64,000 nucleotides of DNA from Candidatus Versatilivorator sp. (GCA_965207735.1 OZ242296.1:3296001-3360000), one strand, 5' to 3'; counted from the stretch's first letter, positions 9,391-19,402 are shown. Notes: generated by a model not told the origin, from the sequence alone. Numbers and translations are program-made.

Positions 9391-11319
9391 CCGAAGTTCC
9401 TCCCATTTTACACCCAAAAAATCGCCTTAAGCCATTTGTTTTCTTGGGGAAGAGGATTGAGGCGTGTGGAGTGTTGTTCCCATGTATATGATTAGCATTT
9501 ATCTTGACATGATAGTTGTATGTGATATCGTAGTCCCATGTACGTCGAAACCGTCCCCAACCGCAACTCTCCCCCTGCCATCCTCCTGCGCGAAGGCCGC
9601 CGTGAGGGTAAAAAGGTCCATAAACGCACCCTGGCCAATCTCTCCCATTGGCCCAAGGACAAGATCGAGCGCCTCCGGCGCGTGCTCAAGAACGAACCCC
9701 TGGTCCATCCCGACCAACTCTTCGCCATCGAACGCTCCCTGCCTCATGGCCACGTCGAGTTGCTGCTGGAAGTGGTGCGGCAGCTGAAGCTGCCGGCGCT
9801 GATCGATTCCCGACCCTCTCCCCAACGGGACCGGGTCTTGGCCATGATCCTGCAGCGTCTGCTCTATCCGGCCTCCAAGCTGGCCACCACCCGTCTTTGG
9901 CACACCACCACGTTGGGTGAGGAACTGTCCCTTGAGGACACCGACGAGGACGATCTCTATGAGGCCATGGACTGGTTGCTGGAGCGTCAGGACCGGATTG
10001 AGCGCAAGCTGGCCAAGCGGCACCTGGCGGAAGGGGATGCGGTGCTCTATGACGTCAGCAGCAGTTACTACGAAGGCCAGACCTGCTCGCTGATGCAGTT
10101 CGGCCACAACCGGGACGGCAGGCGGGACCGGCCCATGGTGGTCTACGGGGTGCTGGCCGACCAGATGGGGCGGCCGCTGTCGGTGCAGGCCTATGCCGGC
10201 AACACGGGGGATCCGACCACGGTGGGGGATCAGGTGGAGAAGGTGCGGGGTCGGTTTGGTCTGGAGCGGGTGGTGCTGGTGGGGGACCGCGGGCTGCTGA
10301 CCGAGACGCAGATCAGCCATCTGAAGCGTCATCCGGGAGTGGGGTGGGTCTCAGCCCTGCGCCACCACCAGATACGCCGTCTGGTGGAGAGCGAGGCGGT
10401 TCAGCTCTCCCTGTTCGACGAGCGTCATCTGGCCGAAGTCCGCAGCCCGGACTATCCGGGCGAGAGGCTCATCGTCTGCCACAACCCGCTGCTGGCCGAG
10501 CATCGGCGGCGGAAGCGGGAGGCTTTGCTGACAGCCACCGAGGAGGCGCTGGCCGGAATCGCCCGCCAGGTGGCCAGACGGACCCGCACGCCCTTGTCGG
10601 CGACCGAGATCGCCGAGAAAGTCGGCCGGGTCAAGAACCGCTTCCAGGTGGCCAAACACTTCCGGACCCAGATCGCAGACGGGTCCTTCCACTATGAACG
10701 GCGCACCGACGCCATCATCCGGGAGGCGCAACTGGACGGGTTCTACATGCTGAGGACCAGCGAGCCAGCCGATCGCCTGCCAACAGCCGCGGTGGTGCGC
10801 CGCTACAAGGACCTGACGCGGGTGGAGCGGGCCTTCCGCTCCCTCAAGACCGTCGACCTGCACATCCGCCCCATCCGTCATCGGGTGGAGAGCCGGGTGC
10901 GGGCTCATCTGTTCCTGTGCCTGCTGGCCTATTACGTTCAGTGGCATCTGCGGCTGGCCCTGGCTCCGTTGCTGTTCGATGACGAGGAGTTGGAAGCGGA
11001 ACGGGCACGGCGAGACCCGGTGCTGGCGGCCCAGCCGTCGGACTCCGCCAAACGGAAGAAGAGCAAACGCCTCACCGAGGACGGCTTGCCGCTGCAGAGC
11101 CTGGAGACGTTGATGGCGCAGATGGCGACGCGGGCCCGCCACCAGTGCCGATTGCCCTCCGAACCCGATGGTCCGCGAGTCCAGCGATTGACCGAGCCGA
11201 CCCCGCTACAGCAAAGGGCCTTCGAGCTCATCAGGATGTTCCCAGGCAAGACAACCTGAGATTCCTGATTGATGATTGAAGATAAAGGAGTTATCTTGTC
11301 GGTGGGTCAGGAACTTCGG
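9391..11319 (+). mobile_element. IS1634-family insertion sequence
   Basis: TIRs CCGAAGTTCCT...AGGAACTTCGG; 6-bp TSD ACTAAG (9385-9390 and 11320-11325); empty site seen in the repeat copy at ~55539. Confidence 0.93.
9538..11259 (+). CDS. IS1634-family DDE transposase
   Basis: LYDVSSSYYEG, FGHNRDGR, VLVGDRG, VERAFRSLK and RVRAHLFLCLLAY motifs; intact 573 aa. Confidence 0.95.
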   Translation: MYVETVPNRNSPPAILLREGRREGKKVHKRTLANLSHWPKDKIERLRRVLKNEPLVHPDQLFAIERSLPHGHVELLLEVVRQLKLPALIDSRPSPQRDRVLAMILQRLLYPASKLATTRLWHTTTLGEELSLEDTDEDDLYEAMDWLLERQDRIERKLAKRHLAEGDAVLYDVSSSYYEGQTCSLMQFGHNRDGRRDRPMVVYGVLADQMGRPLSVQAYAGNTGDPTTVGDQVEKVRGRFGLERVVLVGDRGLLTETQISHLKRHPGVGWVSALRHHQIRRLVESEAVQLSLFDERHLAEVRSPDYPGERLIVCHNPLLAEHRRRKREALLTATEEALAGIARQVARRTRTPLSATEIAEKVGRVKNRFQVAKHFRTQIADGSFHYERRTDAIIREAQLDGFYMLRTSEPADRLPTAAVVRRYKDLTRVERAFRSLKTVDLHIRPIRHRVESRVRAHLFLCLLAYYVQWHLRLALAPLLFDDEELEAERARRDPVLAAQPSDSAKRKKSKRLTEDGLPLQSLETLMAQMATRARHQCRLPSEPDGPRVQRLTEPTPLQQRAFELIRMFPGKTT

Positions 11320-11596
11320 ACTAAGGCATTGAGGTGAACCGTGACGGGACACCACGCTCGCGAAGGAATGGTCGATTTCTGATTGTTTCACTCTCGTATG
11401 ATCCACCCGGCAAGGCGGGGCCGGACTTGTCTTAGAATATGCTGCTTTAGCCGGCTTCCTCGAGAGCGGCGAAGCCGCGGCAGCACTTAGCCGTGGGCGT
11501 CAGCCCATGGGAAATATCGCCTATGGGTGTCGAGCCGCGTAGGCGGCGGCAGCAAATGCCGGTGAGCCCAAGTGAAGCACAAGCCGACGCAAGGAT

Positions 11597-11933
11597 GAGC
11601 CTTTTGCAAAATTCGGCAGCGTGACCTTTGCCGGGGATGGCCACAAAAGGCACAAGAACACAAAAAGAGCAGAACGCTGAAAGCCTGCAAGACGTTGACT
11701 CCCGAACCCGGTCGCACAAGTTCCGCGCTATCTGCCTACATCCGGTCAACGCGTCGCCATGGGGATCAACTTCGGATTGCCAAGACTCGAATTCACGAAA
11801 TTCGTTTTGTGACTTTTGTGCTATTTGTGGTGAACTCCCTTTTCCACCAGGTCGTACCCGACTATTGAAATAGGCAGAACATCACGGTGGCCGGCAAAAT
11901 GACCTGTCCCACTGCCGATATTGCAAGAGGCTC
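11597..11933. mobile_element. MITE family 2, copy A (imperfect TIR GAGCCTTTTGCAAAATTCGGCAG / CTGCCGATATTGCAAGAGGCTC)
   Basis: Terminal inverted repeats; internal CCACAAAA-type triplets shared in inverse with 24801-25082; no TSD visible. Confidence 0.65.
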
Positions 11934-12012
11934 TCTCGCATGATCTGCACGCCAGGGCTGCGGCCCGGCAACCCGACACGCTCTCTTGAGGAGCAAGAGT
12001 GAATGGGAGAAC

Positions 12013-12174
12013 GCCCACCCGGGAGCGCGGGCGTCTCGCCCGCACAGGACTTGGCACCATTGTAACGATCCCCACAATGGCGGGTTTGGTGCACTGTGCG
12101 AGGAAGTGGCGCTGAATCGCAGGCTGCTTGCACGAATAAGGTTGCGGGCGGGACGCCCGCGCTCCCGGGTGGGC
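12013..12174. repeat. REP-doublet (REPIN-like) inverted repeat with 32-bp arms
   Basis: GCCCACCCGGGAGCGCGGGCGTCTCGCCCGCA (12013-12044) and its complement at 12143-12174, one mismatch. Confidence 0.85.
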
Positions 12175-12493
12175 TTCCTCCCATGACGTCGGGATTTCAA
12201 GGTCACGGTCTCGCAGAAGCATTCGGGCGCCGTTGGTCATCGAAGCAGGTCCATCCCTATTGGTGTTCATTCGCGTCCATTGGTGGTTCGTCTTCAATAA
12301 TGATCGGCAGTTTCTTCCTCGAATGATCCGCCCCGTCGTGGGGGGCAGGGGCCCCACTTGCCTCTGACGTAGAAGTTGCGCAGGACATCCTCGGCGATGC
12401 CCCGGATGCAGCCGGCAATTCAGTGCAGGTCGTGGTTGCTCACGGCAAATGGGTGGACCGGGCGTTCACATGGTCCGCTCCGCGTCCCACACC

Positions 12494-13351
12494 TCACCCT
12501 CCAAAAACCTCCTCCAGCGCCGCGCGCATGACCGAACTGTCGGGGTCTTGGCCGGTCCAGTAGCGGAAGCTGATGACGCCCTGGTTGACCAGCATGCCGA
12601 GGCCGTCCAGAACGGTGCAGCCTCGGGCGGCGGCGTCCTGCAGCAGGCGGGTTTGAGGGGGGTTGGCGATGACGTCGGCCACCACCATTCCCGGGGTGAG
12701 GGTGTCGGTGCGGAGGGGGACTCGGGCGCCGGCGTCGGGGTGCATGCCGATGGAGGTGGCGTTGATGAGGATCTCGGTTTCTTCCGACACGGCGTGGTCT
12801 CCCTCCCAGGGAAGGAAGCGGGCCTCCACCTCGGTTCGGGTCTGAAGCAGCTCTACCAGTTGCCGTCCCCGCTGGGGGCTGCGATTGACAATGGCGATGC
12901 GGGAGGCTCCGGCCAGGGCGGTCTCCACGGCGATGGCCCGGGCGGCCCCGCCCGCACCCAGGATCGTCACCCGCTTGCCCGCCGGGTCGGTCACTTCCCC
13001 CAGCGACTGCAGGAACCCCTTGCCGTCGGTGTTCTCGCCCACCAGTTCCTCGCCGTCCACCACCACGCAGTTGACGGCCTCCATGACACCCGCGGATTGG
13101 CCCAGGCGGTCCAGGTGGGGGATGACGGTGACCTTGCAGGGCATGGTGCAGTTGCCGCCGCGGAAGCCCAGCACCCGCACCGCCCGCACGGCCTCGGCCA
13201 GCCGCTCGTTGCCCAGCTCGAAGTTGACGTAGCGCCAGTTCAGACCGTGATGGCGAAAGGCCTTCTCCAGCATGTGCTGGGTGGGATTGTCGGCCAGGTG
13301 GTGGCCGAAGCAGAACACCAGCTCCTGTTTGAAGTTCCACTGCCGGGCCAT
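12494..13351 (-). CDS. aroE: Shikimate dehydrogenase family protein
   Basis: GGNCTMPCK, AVN, GENTDGKGF, ILGAGGAARA, INATSIGM and DGLGMLVNQG motifs; GAGGAG RBS before 13351. Confidence 0.92.
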   Translation of the reverse strand: MARQWNFKQELVFCFGHHLADNPTQHMLEKAFRHHGLNWRYVNFELGNERLAEAVRAVRVLGFRGGNCTMPCKVTVIPHLDRLGQSAGVMEAVNCVVVDGEELVGENTDGKGFLQSLGEVTDPAGKRVTILGAGGAARAIAVETALAGASRIAIVNRSPQRGRQLVELLQTRTEVEARFLPWEGDHAVSEETEILINATSIGMHPDAGARVPLRTDTLTPGMVVADVIANPPQTRLLQDAAARGCTVLDGLGMLVNQGVISFRYWTGQDPDSSVMRAALEEVFGG

Positions 13352-13535
13352 GGGCTCCTCCGCTTGCGGAAACATGGGATCGGGATTGGCCAGGCATTCT
13401 AATGGGGAAGCCGAACCCCGTCAATTTAGGCTTGACCTTCCGGCAGGGATGGCGATTAACTCTAGGGGCTCCGATTTTCCAAGCGTTTCCAACCGTGGAC
13501 GGGATTGGACGACTGAAGTCCAAGGAGGTTCCGGA

Positions 13536-14513
13536 ATGTTTGTCTGCCGGTGGAAGGTTGCAACCCTGGCGGTGCTGGTTCTGCTGGCGGGATGCCGTGC
13601 AGAGGACGGCGGCAAGACTTCAGGCGACAAGGCTCCTTCCCGGGGCACCATCGGCCTGTCGGTGATGACCCTGACCAACCCCTTCTTCAAGGTGATTGCC
13701 GACACGCTCACCGATGAAGCCCGTAAGTACGGCTACGAGGTGGTGGTGACCAGCGGCGAGTTCGACGTGGCCCGCCAGCGCAACCAGGTCAAGGACTTCA
13801 TCGTGCGCAAGGTCAGCGCCATCGTGCTGTGCCCCACCGACTCCAAGGCCATCGGAACCGCCATCCAGGAGGCCAACCAGGCCGGGATTCCCGTCTTCAC
13901 CGCCGATCTGGCCTGCCTGGCCCCGGGAGCCAAGGTGGTCTCCCACATCGCCACCGACAACTACGCCGGTGGCAAGGAAGCCGGCAGGGCCATGATCGAG
14001 GTTCTGGGTGAAGCCGGGGGCAAGATCGTGGTGCTCCACTATGAGCAGGCGGAGTCCTGCTTGCTGCGGGTCAAGGGATTTACCGAGATCATCGACGAAT
14101 ACAATCGCGACCGCCGGGCGGGCGCAATCGACATCGTGGCCGTGCTGCCGGGTGGAGGCGCCAAGGACGCCGGCTACAAGGCCGCCGAGGACGCCATCCA
14201 GGCCCATCCCGACCTGGCCGGGATCTTCGCCATCAACGACCCCTCGGCGCTGGGAGCCCGGGCTGCCCTGGAGAAGGCCGGCAAGGCCGACCAGGTCAGG
14301 ATCATAGGCTTTGACGGCCAACCCGAAGGCAAGCAGGCGATCAAGGACGGGCTGATCTACGCCGACCCCGTCCAGTTTCCCGACCGCATCGGCCGGCAGA
14401 CCATGCAAACCATCGCCAAGCACTTCGAGGGAGAGGAAGTGCCCGCGGAGATCCTGATCCCCACCGCCCTTTACCGCAAGGCCGATGCCGAAAAGGATCC
14501 GACCCTTCAATAG
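13536..14513 (+). CDS. Sugar ABC transporter substrate-binding lipoprotein (RbsB-like)
   Basis: AGGAGG RBS; lipobox LLAGC; TLTNPFF, ATDNYAGG, IFAINDPSALG and IIGFDG motifs. Confidence 0.92.
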   Translation: MFVCRWKVATLAVLVLLAGCRAEDGGKTSGDKAPSRGTIGLSVMTLTNPFFKVIADTLTDEARKYGYEVVVTSGEFDVARQRNQVKDFIVRKVSAIVLCPTDSKAIGTAIQEANQAGIPVFTADLACLAPGAKVVSHIATDNYAGGKEAGRAMIEVLGEAGGKIVVLHYEQAESCLLRVKGFTEIIDEYNRDRRAGAIDIVAVLPGGGAKDAGYKAAEDAIQAHPDLAGIFAINDPSALGARAALEKAGKADQVRIIGFDGQPEGKQAIKDGLIYADPVQFPDRIGRQTMQTIAKHFEGEEVPAEILIPTALYRKADAEKDPTLQ

Positions 14514-14605
14514 CCCCGGAACCTGACGCTCCGCGGGGTCCCGGTCGGCCTGCCCCCCGAACCTCCCGGCAGCGGCATCCCCGGATGCGGACGCCGCTGC
14601 CCTGG

Positions 14606-14848
14606 CCCGCATTTCTCACCAGGGGGCATGATCATGGCGCAGGATTTTACCCTTCAGCGCGTGCTCGCGACCGAAGAGCGTAGCGGTCACTACGCGCGAG
14701 GGAGCATGTGCGGGCTGAAGGGAAAAAGACAAGCCAGGGCATGCCCAGCGCAGTCTGTTGCCCGCAAGCCCTTACCATGGAGCCAATCAAAGTACTGAAG
14801 ATGAACTACTTTTCGTCATGGTACCAGCGACCTGGTGAGAAATGCGGG
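14606..14848. mobile_element. MITE family 1, copy B (intact, 243 bp, no ORF)
   Basis: Perfect 18-bp TIRs CCCGCATTTCTCACCAGG / CCTGGTGAGAAATGCGGG; flanks CTGG and CTAG; internal palindrome. Confidence 0.93.
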
Positions 14849-14904
14849 CTAGAGAGAACCTTGGGCTTTTCCCCGCCTGAGACCCGTTGCCGCAAGTGAA
14901 CCCC

Positions 14905-16272
14905 ATGGGCCATTTCCGCTTTCATCGGCTGTTGTCCCGACTTCTCTCCGACTACGGCATGGTGCTGGTCCTGGTGTTGCTGGGGGCCTGCTTCAGCTAC
15001 GTCACCTGGGACGAGCAGCACCCCACCGGAGTCGAGGCCGCCGAGCAGTTGACCGACCGCATCACCGGGAAATTTTCCCCGGGCGCGGCCGTCCTGGTGG
15101 TGGCCCGGGAGCACGGCGAGGATGCGATCTTCGCCGACTCCCTGCAGCGCCGGTTGAGCGGCGCCGGAATGAAGGTGCTGGGAACCGTCAAGGGCCAGCC
15201 CTCCGACGCCCGGGAACGCCTGGAGGGGCTGTCCCGGTCGGGGGCGTCCCTGAACATCATCGCCTGCACCGACGTGACCGGCCGCTGGGCCGTCTTCGAC
15301 AGGCTGGGTGAAAAGTTTCCCGGACTGGCCGGAGCCAGGGTCCTGACGCCCCCGAGCTACCGCTGGCCCAACTTCCTCAAGCGCGACAACCTGCTGAACG
15401 TGGCCAACCAGATCGCGGTCATCGCCATTCTGGCAGTGGGGATGACCATGGTCATCATCACGGCGGGCATCGACCTTTCGGTAGGCAGCCTGATCGCCTT
15501 CTCGGCGGTGGTGTGCACCTGGTTGATCCGCGAGGCGGCCTCGGCCGAAGCCGCCGGCCCGCTCGACATGGTGCTCTGCAGCCTGGGAGCCATCCTGCTG
15601 TGCGGCCTGCTGGGGGCCTTCTCCGGGGTCATGGTCACCTGGTTCGCCATCCCTCCCTTTATCGCCACCCTGGGCATGATGCTGGTGGCCAGCGGGCTGG
15701 CCTACATCCTGGCCGAGGGACAGTCGGTCTACCAGGTCCCCGACTCCTTCGTCTGGCTGGGCCGCGGGGCCGATGTGCTGAGGATACCCAATGCGGTGGT
15801 GCTGATGCTGGCGCTATACTTGTCGGCACACCTGTTGATGACGCGAACCGCGCTGGGACGATACATCTACGCAGTGGGCGGCAACCGCGAGGCCGCCCGG
15901 CTCTCGGGAGTCCCGGTCACGGCGGTGCTGATTTTCGTCTACACCCTGTGCGCGGCTCTGGCCGGACTGGGCGGAGTAGTCATGGCCTCCCAACTGAAGA
16001 GCGGCTCTCCAACCTACGGGCTGATGTACGAGCTCTACACCATCGCGGCGGTAGTGGTGGGCGGGGCCAGCCTGGCGGGCGGCGAAGGCAGGATCTTCGG
16101 GACCCTCATCGGGGCTTTCATCATCGCGGTGATCCAGAACGGCATGAACCTGACCGGGGTGGAAAGCTACACCCAGAAGGTGGTGCTGGGAGCGGTAATC
16201 CTGGGTGCCGTGCTGCTCGACATCGCCAAGAAGCGCGGTTGGGGCAGGCTGCAAAGGGCCAAGCCGGCTTGA
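14905..16272 (+). CDS. Sugar ABC permease (RbsC-like) with an extra N-terminal soluble domain
   Basis: GMTMVIITAGIDLSVGS, GRYIYAVGGNREAARLSG and YELYTIAAVVVGGASL motifs; ~125-aa insert after TM1. Confidence 0.92.
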   Translation: MGHFRFHRLLSRLLSDYGMVLVLVLLGACFSYVTWDEQHPTGVEAAEQLTDRITGKFSPGAAVLVVAREHGEDAIFADSLQRRLSGAGMKVLGTVKGQPSDARERLEGLSRSGASLNIIACTDVTGRWAVFDRLGEKFPGLAGARVLTPPSYRWPNFLKRDNLLNVANQIAVIAILAVGMTMVIITAGIDLSVGSLIAFSAVVCTWLIREAASAEAAGPLDMVLCSLGAILLCGLLGAFSGVMVTWFAIPPFIATLGMMLVASGLAYILAEGQSVYQVPDSFVWLGRGADVLRIPNAVVLMLALYLSAHLLMTRTALGRYIYAVGGNREAARLSGVPVTAVLIFVYTLCAALAGLGGVVMASQLKSGSPTYGLMYELYTIAAVVVGGASLAGGEGRIFGTLIGAFIIAVIQNGMNLTGVESYTQKVVLGAVILGAVLLDIAKKRGWGRLQRAKPA

Positions 16273-16384
16273 AACGGCGTTGATGATAACTGGAGATTCA
16301 GTGACAGGTAATTCTTGACGGACATATCTACAGTAAGGACGAGGAGTCTTTGAAGGTAATGAGAACAAAGGAGGAGTTTCGAAC

Positions 16385-18061
16385 ATGAACAACAAGCCAC
16401 TGGGCAGGGCAGCCATCGCCGGACTATTCCTGAGTGGGCTACTACTGGCCCTGACGGCCCCGGCCGCGGCCGGGGAAGGAGACGGCCAGAAGGAAGTGAT
16501 CTTCTATTCCGACGGACGCCATTCCAGCGTCTACCTCTATGAGCCCCCCATGAGTGTTCGCCAGTACGTGGAACCCATCGACGAACTGCTGGACCTGGGC
16601 ATCGATACCATCACCTACGCCGTGGGCGACTGCAGCGTGCTCCTCTACGACACCAAGGTGGGGGAACGCTGGGGGCACAACCTGGACCTGGTCAACCACA
16701 TCGTGTGGTACCGGGCCGGCCAGAACGCCCATTCGCTGATCCAGCGGGGGATGGACCCCCTGGACGTGGTCACCAGGCACGCCCAGCGCCGGGGATTCAA
16801 GTTTCTTCCCAACATACTGCTCAACATGCTGCACACACCGCCCAACCAAGTCACCAACAGCCGCGTGGCCGACTTCACCACCCGGCATCCCGAGTGGCAG
16901 GTGGGGCCCGAGCCCGACTACCCGGCGGCGGTGCACGACCAGCCCCACCGGCTCTCCTACGCCCGGCCGGAGATTCGGGCCGACCGCCTGGCGGTAATCA
17001 AGGAGCTGGTGAGCCGATACCCCACCGACGGCATCGAGATCAATTTCGATGACTACTCTCCCTTTATCGCCCGGCGGGAGGTCGCCGAGCACACCGAGAC
17101 CATGACCGGCTGGCTGCGTGAGATTCGCCAGGCTTGCGACCTGGCGGCCAAGGAGCAGGGCAGGGCCAAGCGCCTGGTGATTCGCATCGCCGGCTCCCTG
17201 GAAGGCAACCGCTCCCTGGGAATGGACCTGGAAACCTGGATCCGGGAAGAACTGGTGGACTCGGTGATCGCCATGCCGGTGACCCACGGATACGAAGCCG
17301 GAGCCTCCGAGCTGCGAAAGGTGGTCGAGGCCACCAAGGGCACCCGGGTCAAGGTGCTTGCCGGGATCAACGACGCCAGCAAGCCCCAGGATACCCGCGA
17401 GGTCTTTGCCGCGGCGGCGGCCAACGCCTACGCGGCCGGAGCGGAAGGCCTGCTCTTCCACACCTACTACCCCGGCCCCGACCGCTATCCCTACGACGAC
17501 TCGGCCATGGAATCCATGCGCTTCATGGGCTATCCGGACGTGCTGGCCCACAGGGACAAGCGCTTCCGGATCGGCAGCAATCCCAAGCCGGATACTCCCC
17601 CCAAGTACGGGGTGCCCTGGCAGCTCCCCCTGGAGCTGGTCCCCGGAGAAAAGGGGAAGGAGATCCACCTGGAGGTGGCCGACGACCTGGCGGCCAAGGC
17701 AAGCGAGGGCGAGCTGTGGCGCTGCGAGCTGCAGGTCATGGTGCAGCACATGATGCATACCGACAAGGTCAAGCTGTGGTGGAACGGGAAGGAGATCCCT
17801 GAAGCCAAGTGGCGGAAGGCCGACTGGACCTATCAGATGAGGCCGCGGCCCCAGAGATACCGGGGATACCGGCTGCACGTGGACCTGCGCGGCGAGGACC
17901 TCCCCAAGAGGGGCCGCAACACCATCCGGGTCGACGTCCTCGAGAAGGACAGCAAGCTGGTCTTACCCATTGCGATCAGCGACGTGGAGCTGGTGGTGGA
18001 ATACCTGCCCGGCCGCAACGGACTGCGTCCGGGAGAAGGCGGGCCCGGACAAAAGCAATAG
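16385..18061 (+). CDS. Secreted glycoside-hydrolase-like TIM barrel (GHL10/DUF187-like)
   Basis: Signal peptide; LSYARPEIR...ELVSRYPTDGIEINF; paralogue of 28579-30300. Confidence 0.65.
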   Translation: MNNKPLGRAAIAGLFLSGLLLALTAPAAAGEGDGQKEVIFYSDGRHSSVYLYEPPMSVRQYVEPIDELLDLGIDTITYAVGDCSVLLYDTKVGERWGHNLDLVNHIVWYRAGQNAHSLIQRGMDPLDVVTRHAQRRGFKFLPNILLNMLHTPPNQVTNSRVADFTTRHPEWQVGPEPDYPAAVHDQPHRLSYARPEIRADRLAVIKELVSRYPTDGIEINFDDYSPFIARREVAEHTETMTGWLREIRQACDLAAKEQGRAKRLVIRIAGSLEGNRSLGMDLETWIREELVDSVIAMPVTHGYEAGASELRKVVEATKGTRVKVLAGINDASKPQDTREVFAAAAANAYAAGAEGLLFHTYYPGPDRYPYDDSAMESMRFMGYPDVLAHRDKRFRIGSNPKPDTPPKYGVPWQLPLELVPGEKGKEIHLEVADDLAAKASEGELWRCELQVMVQHMMHTDKVKLWWNGKEIPEAKWRKADWTYQMRPRPQRYRGYRLHVDLRGEDLPKRGRNTIRVDVLEKDSKLVLPIAISDVELVVEYLPGRNGLRPGEGGPGQKQ

Positions 18062-19321
18062 CTAAAAGAAAACCCGCTGAATCATCCAGTAGGCGCCCAT
18101 GGCGGCGATGGCCAGAGACCCGGGAATGACCACGGCCTTGCGGTAGCGGTCGGGATCGCGCAGCCAGATCGTTAGCAGCAGGCCGGCGGCGATTACCGTC
18201 AACTGGCCCAGCTCCACCCCCAGGTTGAACCCCAGCAGTCCCACCAGCAGGGCCGATGCCGGCAGGTCCAACTGGCTCAGGGCTCCCGCAAATCCCAGCC
18301 CGTGCACCAGCCCGAAGACAAAGACCACCAGCAGCCGCCAGGGGGTGTACCTGGGGTAGAAGATGTTTTCCAGGGCGATGACCACGATGCTCCCGGCAAT
18401 GACCGGCTCTACAACCGAGGCCGGGACCTGCACCATCCCGGTGGCGGCCAGCCCCAATGTGAGGGTGTGGGCCAGGGTGAAGGCGGTCACCTGCAGCAAC
18501 AGGGGCTTCCAGTGCCGGCTGAGCAGGAACAGGCCCAGCACGAAGAGGATATGGTCCATTCCGAGGGGCACCACGTGCACGAAGCCCGAGCGAATGAAGC
18601 TGGTGAAGGTGGCCCAGTTTCCGGGGGCGGTGAGGCCTTCGATCAGACTCTGGTCGGGATCGCCGGTTTCCGCCTCCGCCAGGTTGGAGAGGTCGAGGAC
18701 CCGGCTGGTCTCTCCGGGAAACAGCACCTGGATTCCTCGCAGGATTTCCCCCCGGTAGTAGTTGAGAAACAGCAGGCTCAATTCGGCTTCTGGAAGGGAG
18801 CTGGCCTGGTAGCCCGTCAGGCCCGAGAGGTCCTTCAGACGCCAGGACCCCGTCAGCATCACCGGATCGTCGGCCCGTGTGAGGGGCTGGCCCCGGAACG
18901 TGGTGAACTCGAATTCCCACTCGGGCCGCGCCGCGCCCCCGGGCTCGAACGAGAGCTGCAGGACCTTTTCGGTGTAGGCTCGCGCCTGATCCCGCAGCCG
19001 TTCCCGCTCCGCCTCGCTCAGCAGCAGGTACTCCTCCAGGAACAGGTAGGGCTCGGCTTCCGGATCCTGGCTGAAGCAGCGGGTGTCCAGCTCGATCTTG
19101 ATGACCGCCGAGCCGTCGGCTTCGAAAAAGGACCTGAAGGGCACATCGGGGATGGGATGGGCGAGGGCGACCGGAACCAGGGCCAGCAGGAGCCAGGCCG
19201 CCAGAGCCACCCGCTTCAGAGCGGCCGGAGGAGAGGTTCGGCCGGAATCGGGGCTATGGCCCGGCTCCAGGATTCGGCCGGGATTTGGGGTGGGGCAACT
19301 TGGGTGTTGTGTCATGGCCAT
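18062..19321 (-). CDS. HupE/UreJ family protein with an N-terminal periplasmic domain (start uncertain)
   Basis: GFVHVVPLGMDHILF, TAFTLAHTLTL, FGLVHGLGFA and FNLGVELGQL motifs. Confidence 0.9.
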   Translation of the reverse strand: MAMTQHPSCPTPNPGRILEPGHSPDSGRTSPPAALKRVALAAWLLLALVPVALAHPIPDVPFRSFFEADGSAVIKIELDTRCFSQDPEAEPYLFLEEYLLLSEAERERLRDQARAYTEKVLQLSFEPGGAARPEWEFEFTTFRGQPLTRADDPVMLTGSWRLKDLSGLTGYQASSLPEAELSLLFLNYYRGEILRGIQVLFPGETSRVLDLSNLAEAETGDPDQSLIEGLTAPGNWATFTSFIRSGFVHVVPLGMDHILFVLGLFLLSRHWKPLLLQVTAFTLAHTLTLGLAATGMVQVPASVVEPVIAGSIVVIALENIFYPRYTPWRLLVVFVFGLVHGLGFAGALSQLDLPASALLVGLLGFNLGVELGQLTVIAAGLLLTIWLRDPDRYRKAVVIPGSLAIAAMGAYWMIQRVFF

Positions 19322-19402
19322 CCGTATGCTTTACTAAGAAGTGTGAGGTTCCAAGACAATCCGTCACGTAGCCTTACCGCTGTTTGCAGAAAGGAGACTC
19401 CC

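Larger units (their letters stand above)
9333..11548 (+). repeat. Dispersed ~280-bp repeat, copy A (split by IS1634 into 9333-9390 and 11326-11548), ending in a REP-like palindromic unit
   Basis: High similarity to 55487-55768 on both sides of the IS. Confidence 0.88.

Noticed and set aside
11630-11840. Short periodic repeats as a possible CRISPR array
   Set aside because: 9-bp-period triplets in inverted arrangement with no repeat-spacer periodicity; no cas genes in the window.
12320-12470. Possible gene relic downstream of aroE (HDLH*IAGCIRGIAEDVLRNFYVRGKW)
   Set aside because: Looks coding, but is too short to assign.
18302-19402. N-terminal extension of the 462-aa ORF 18302-19690
   Set aside because: Antisense to the HupE/UreJ gene; the real gene starts at ATG 19403 with an RBS and signal peptide.
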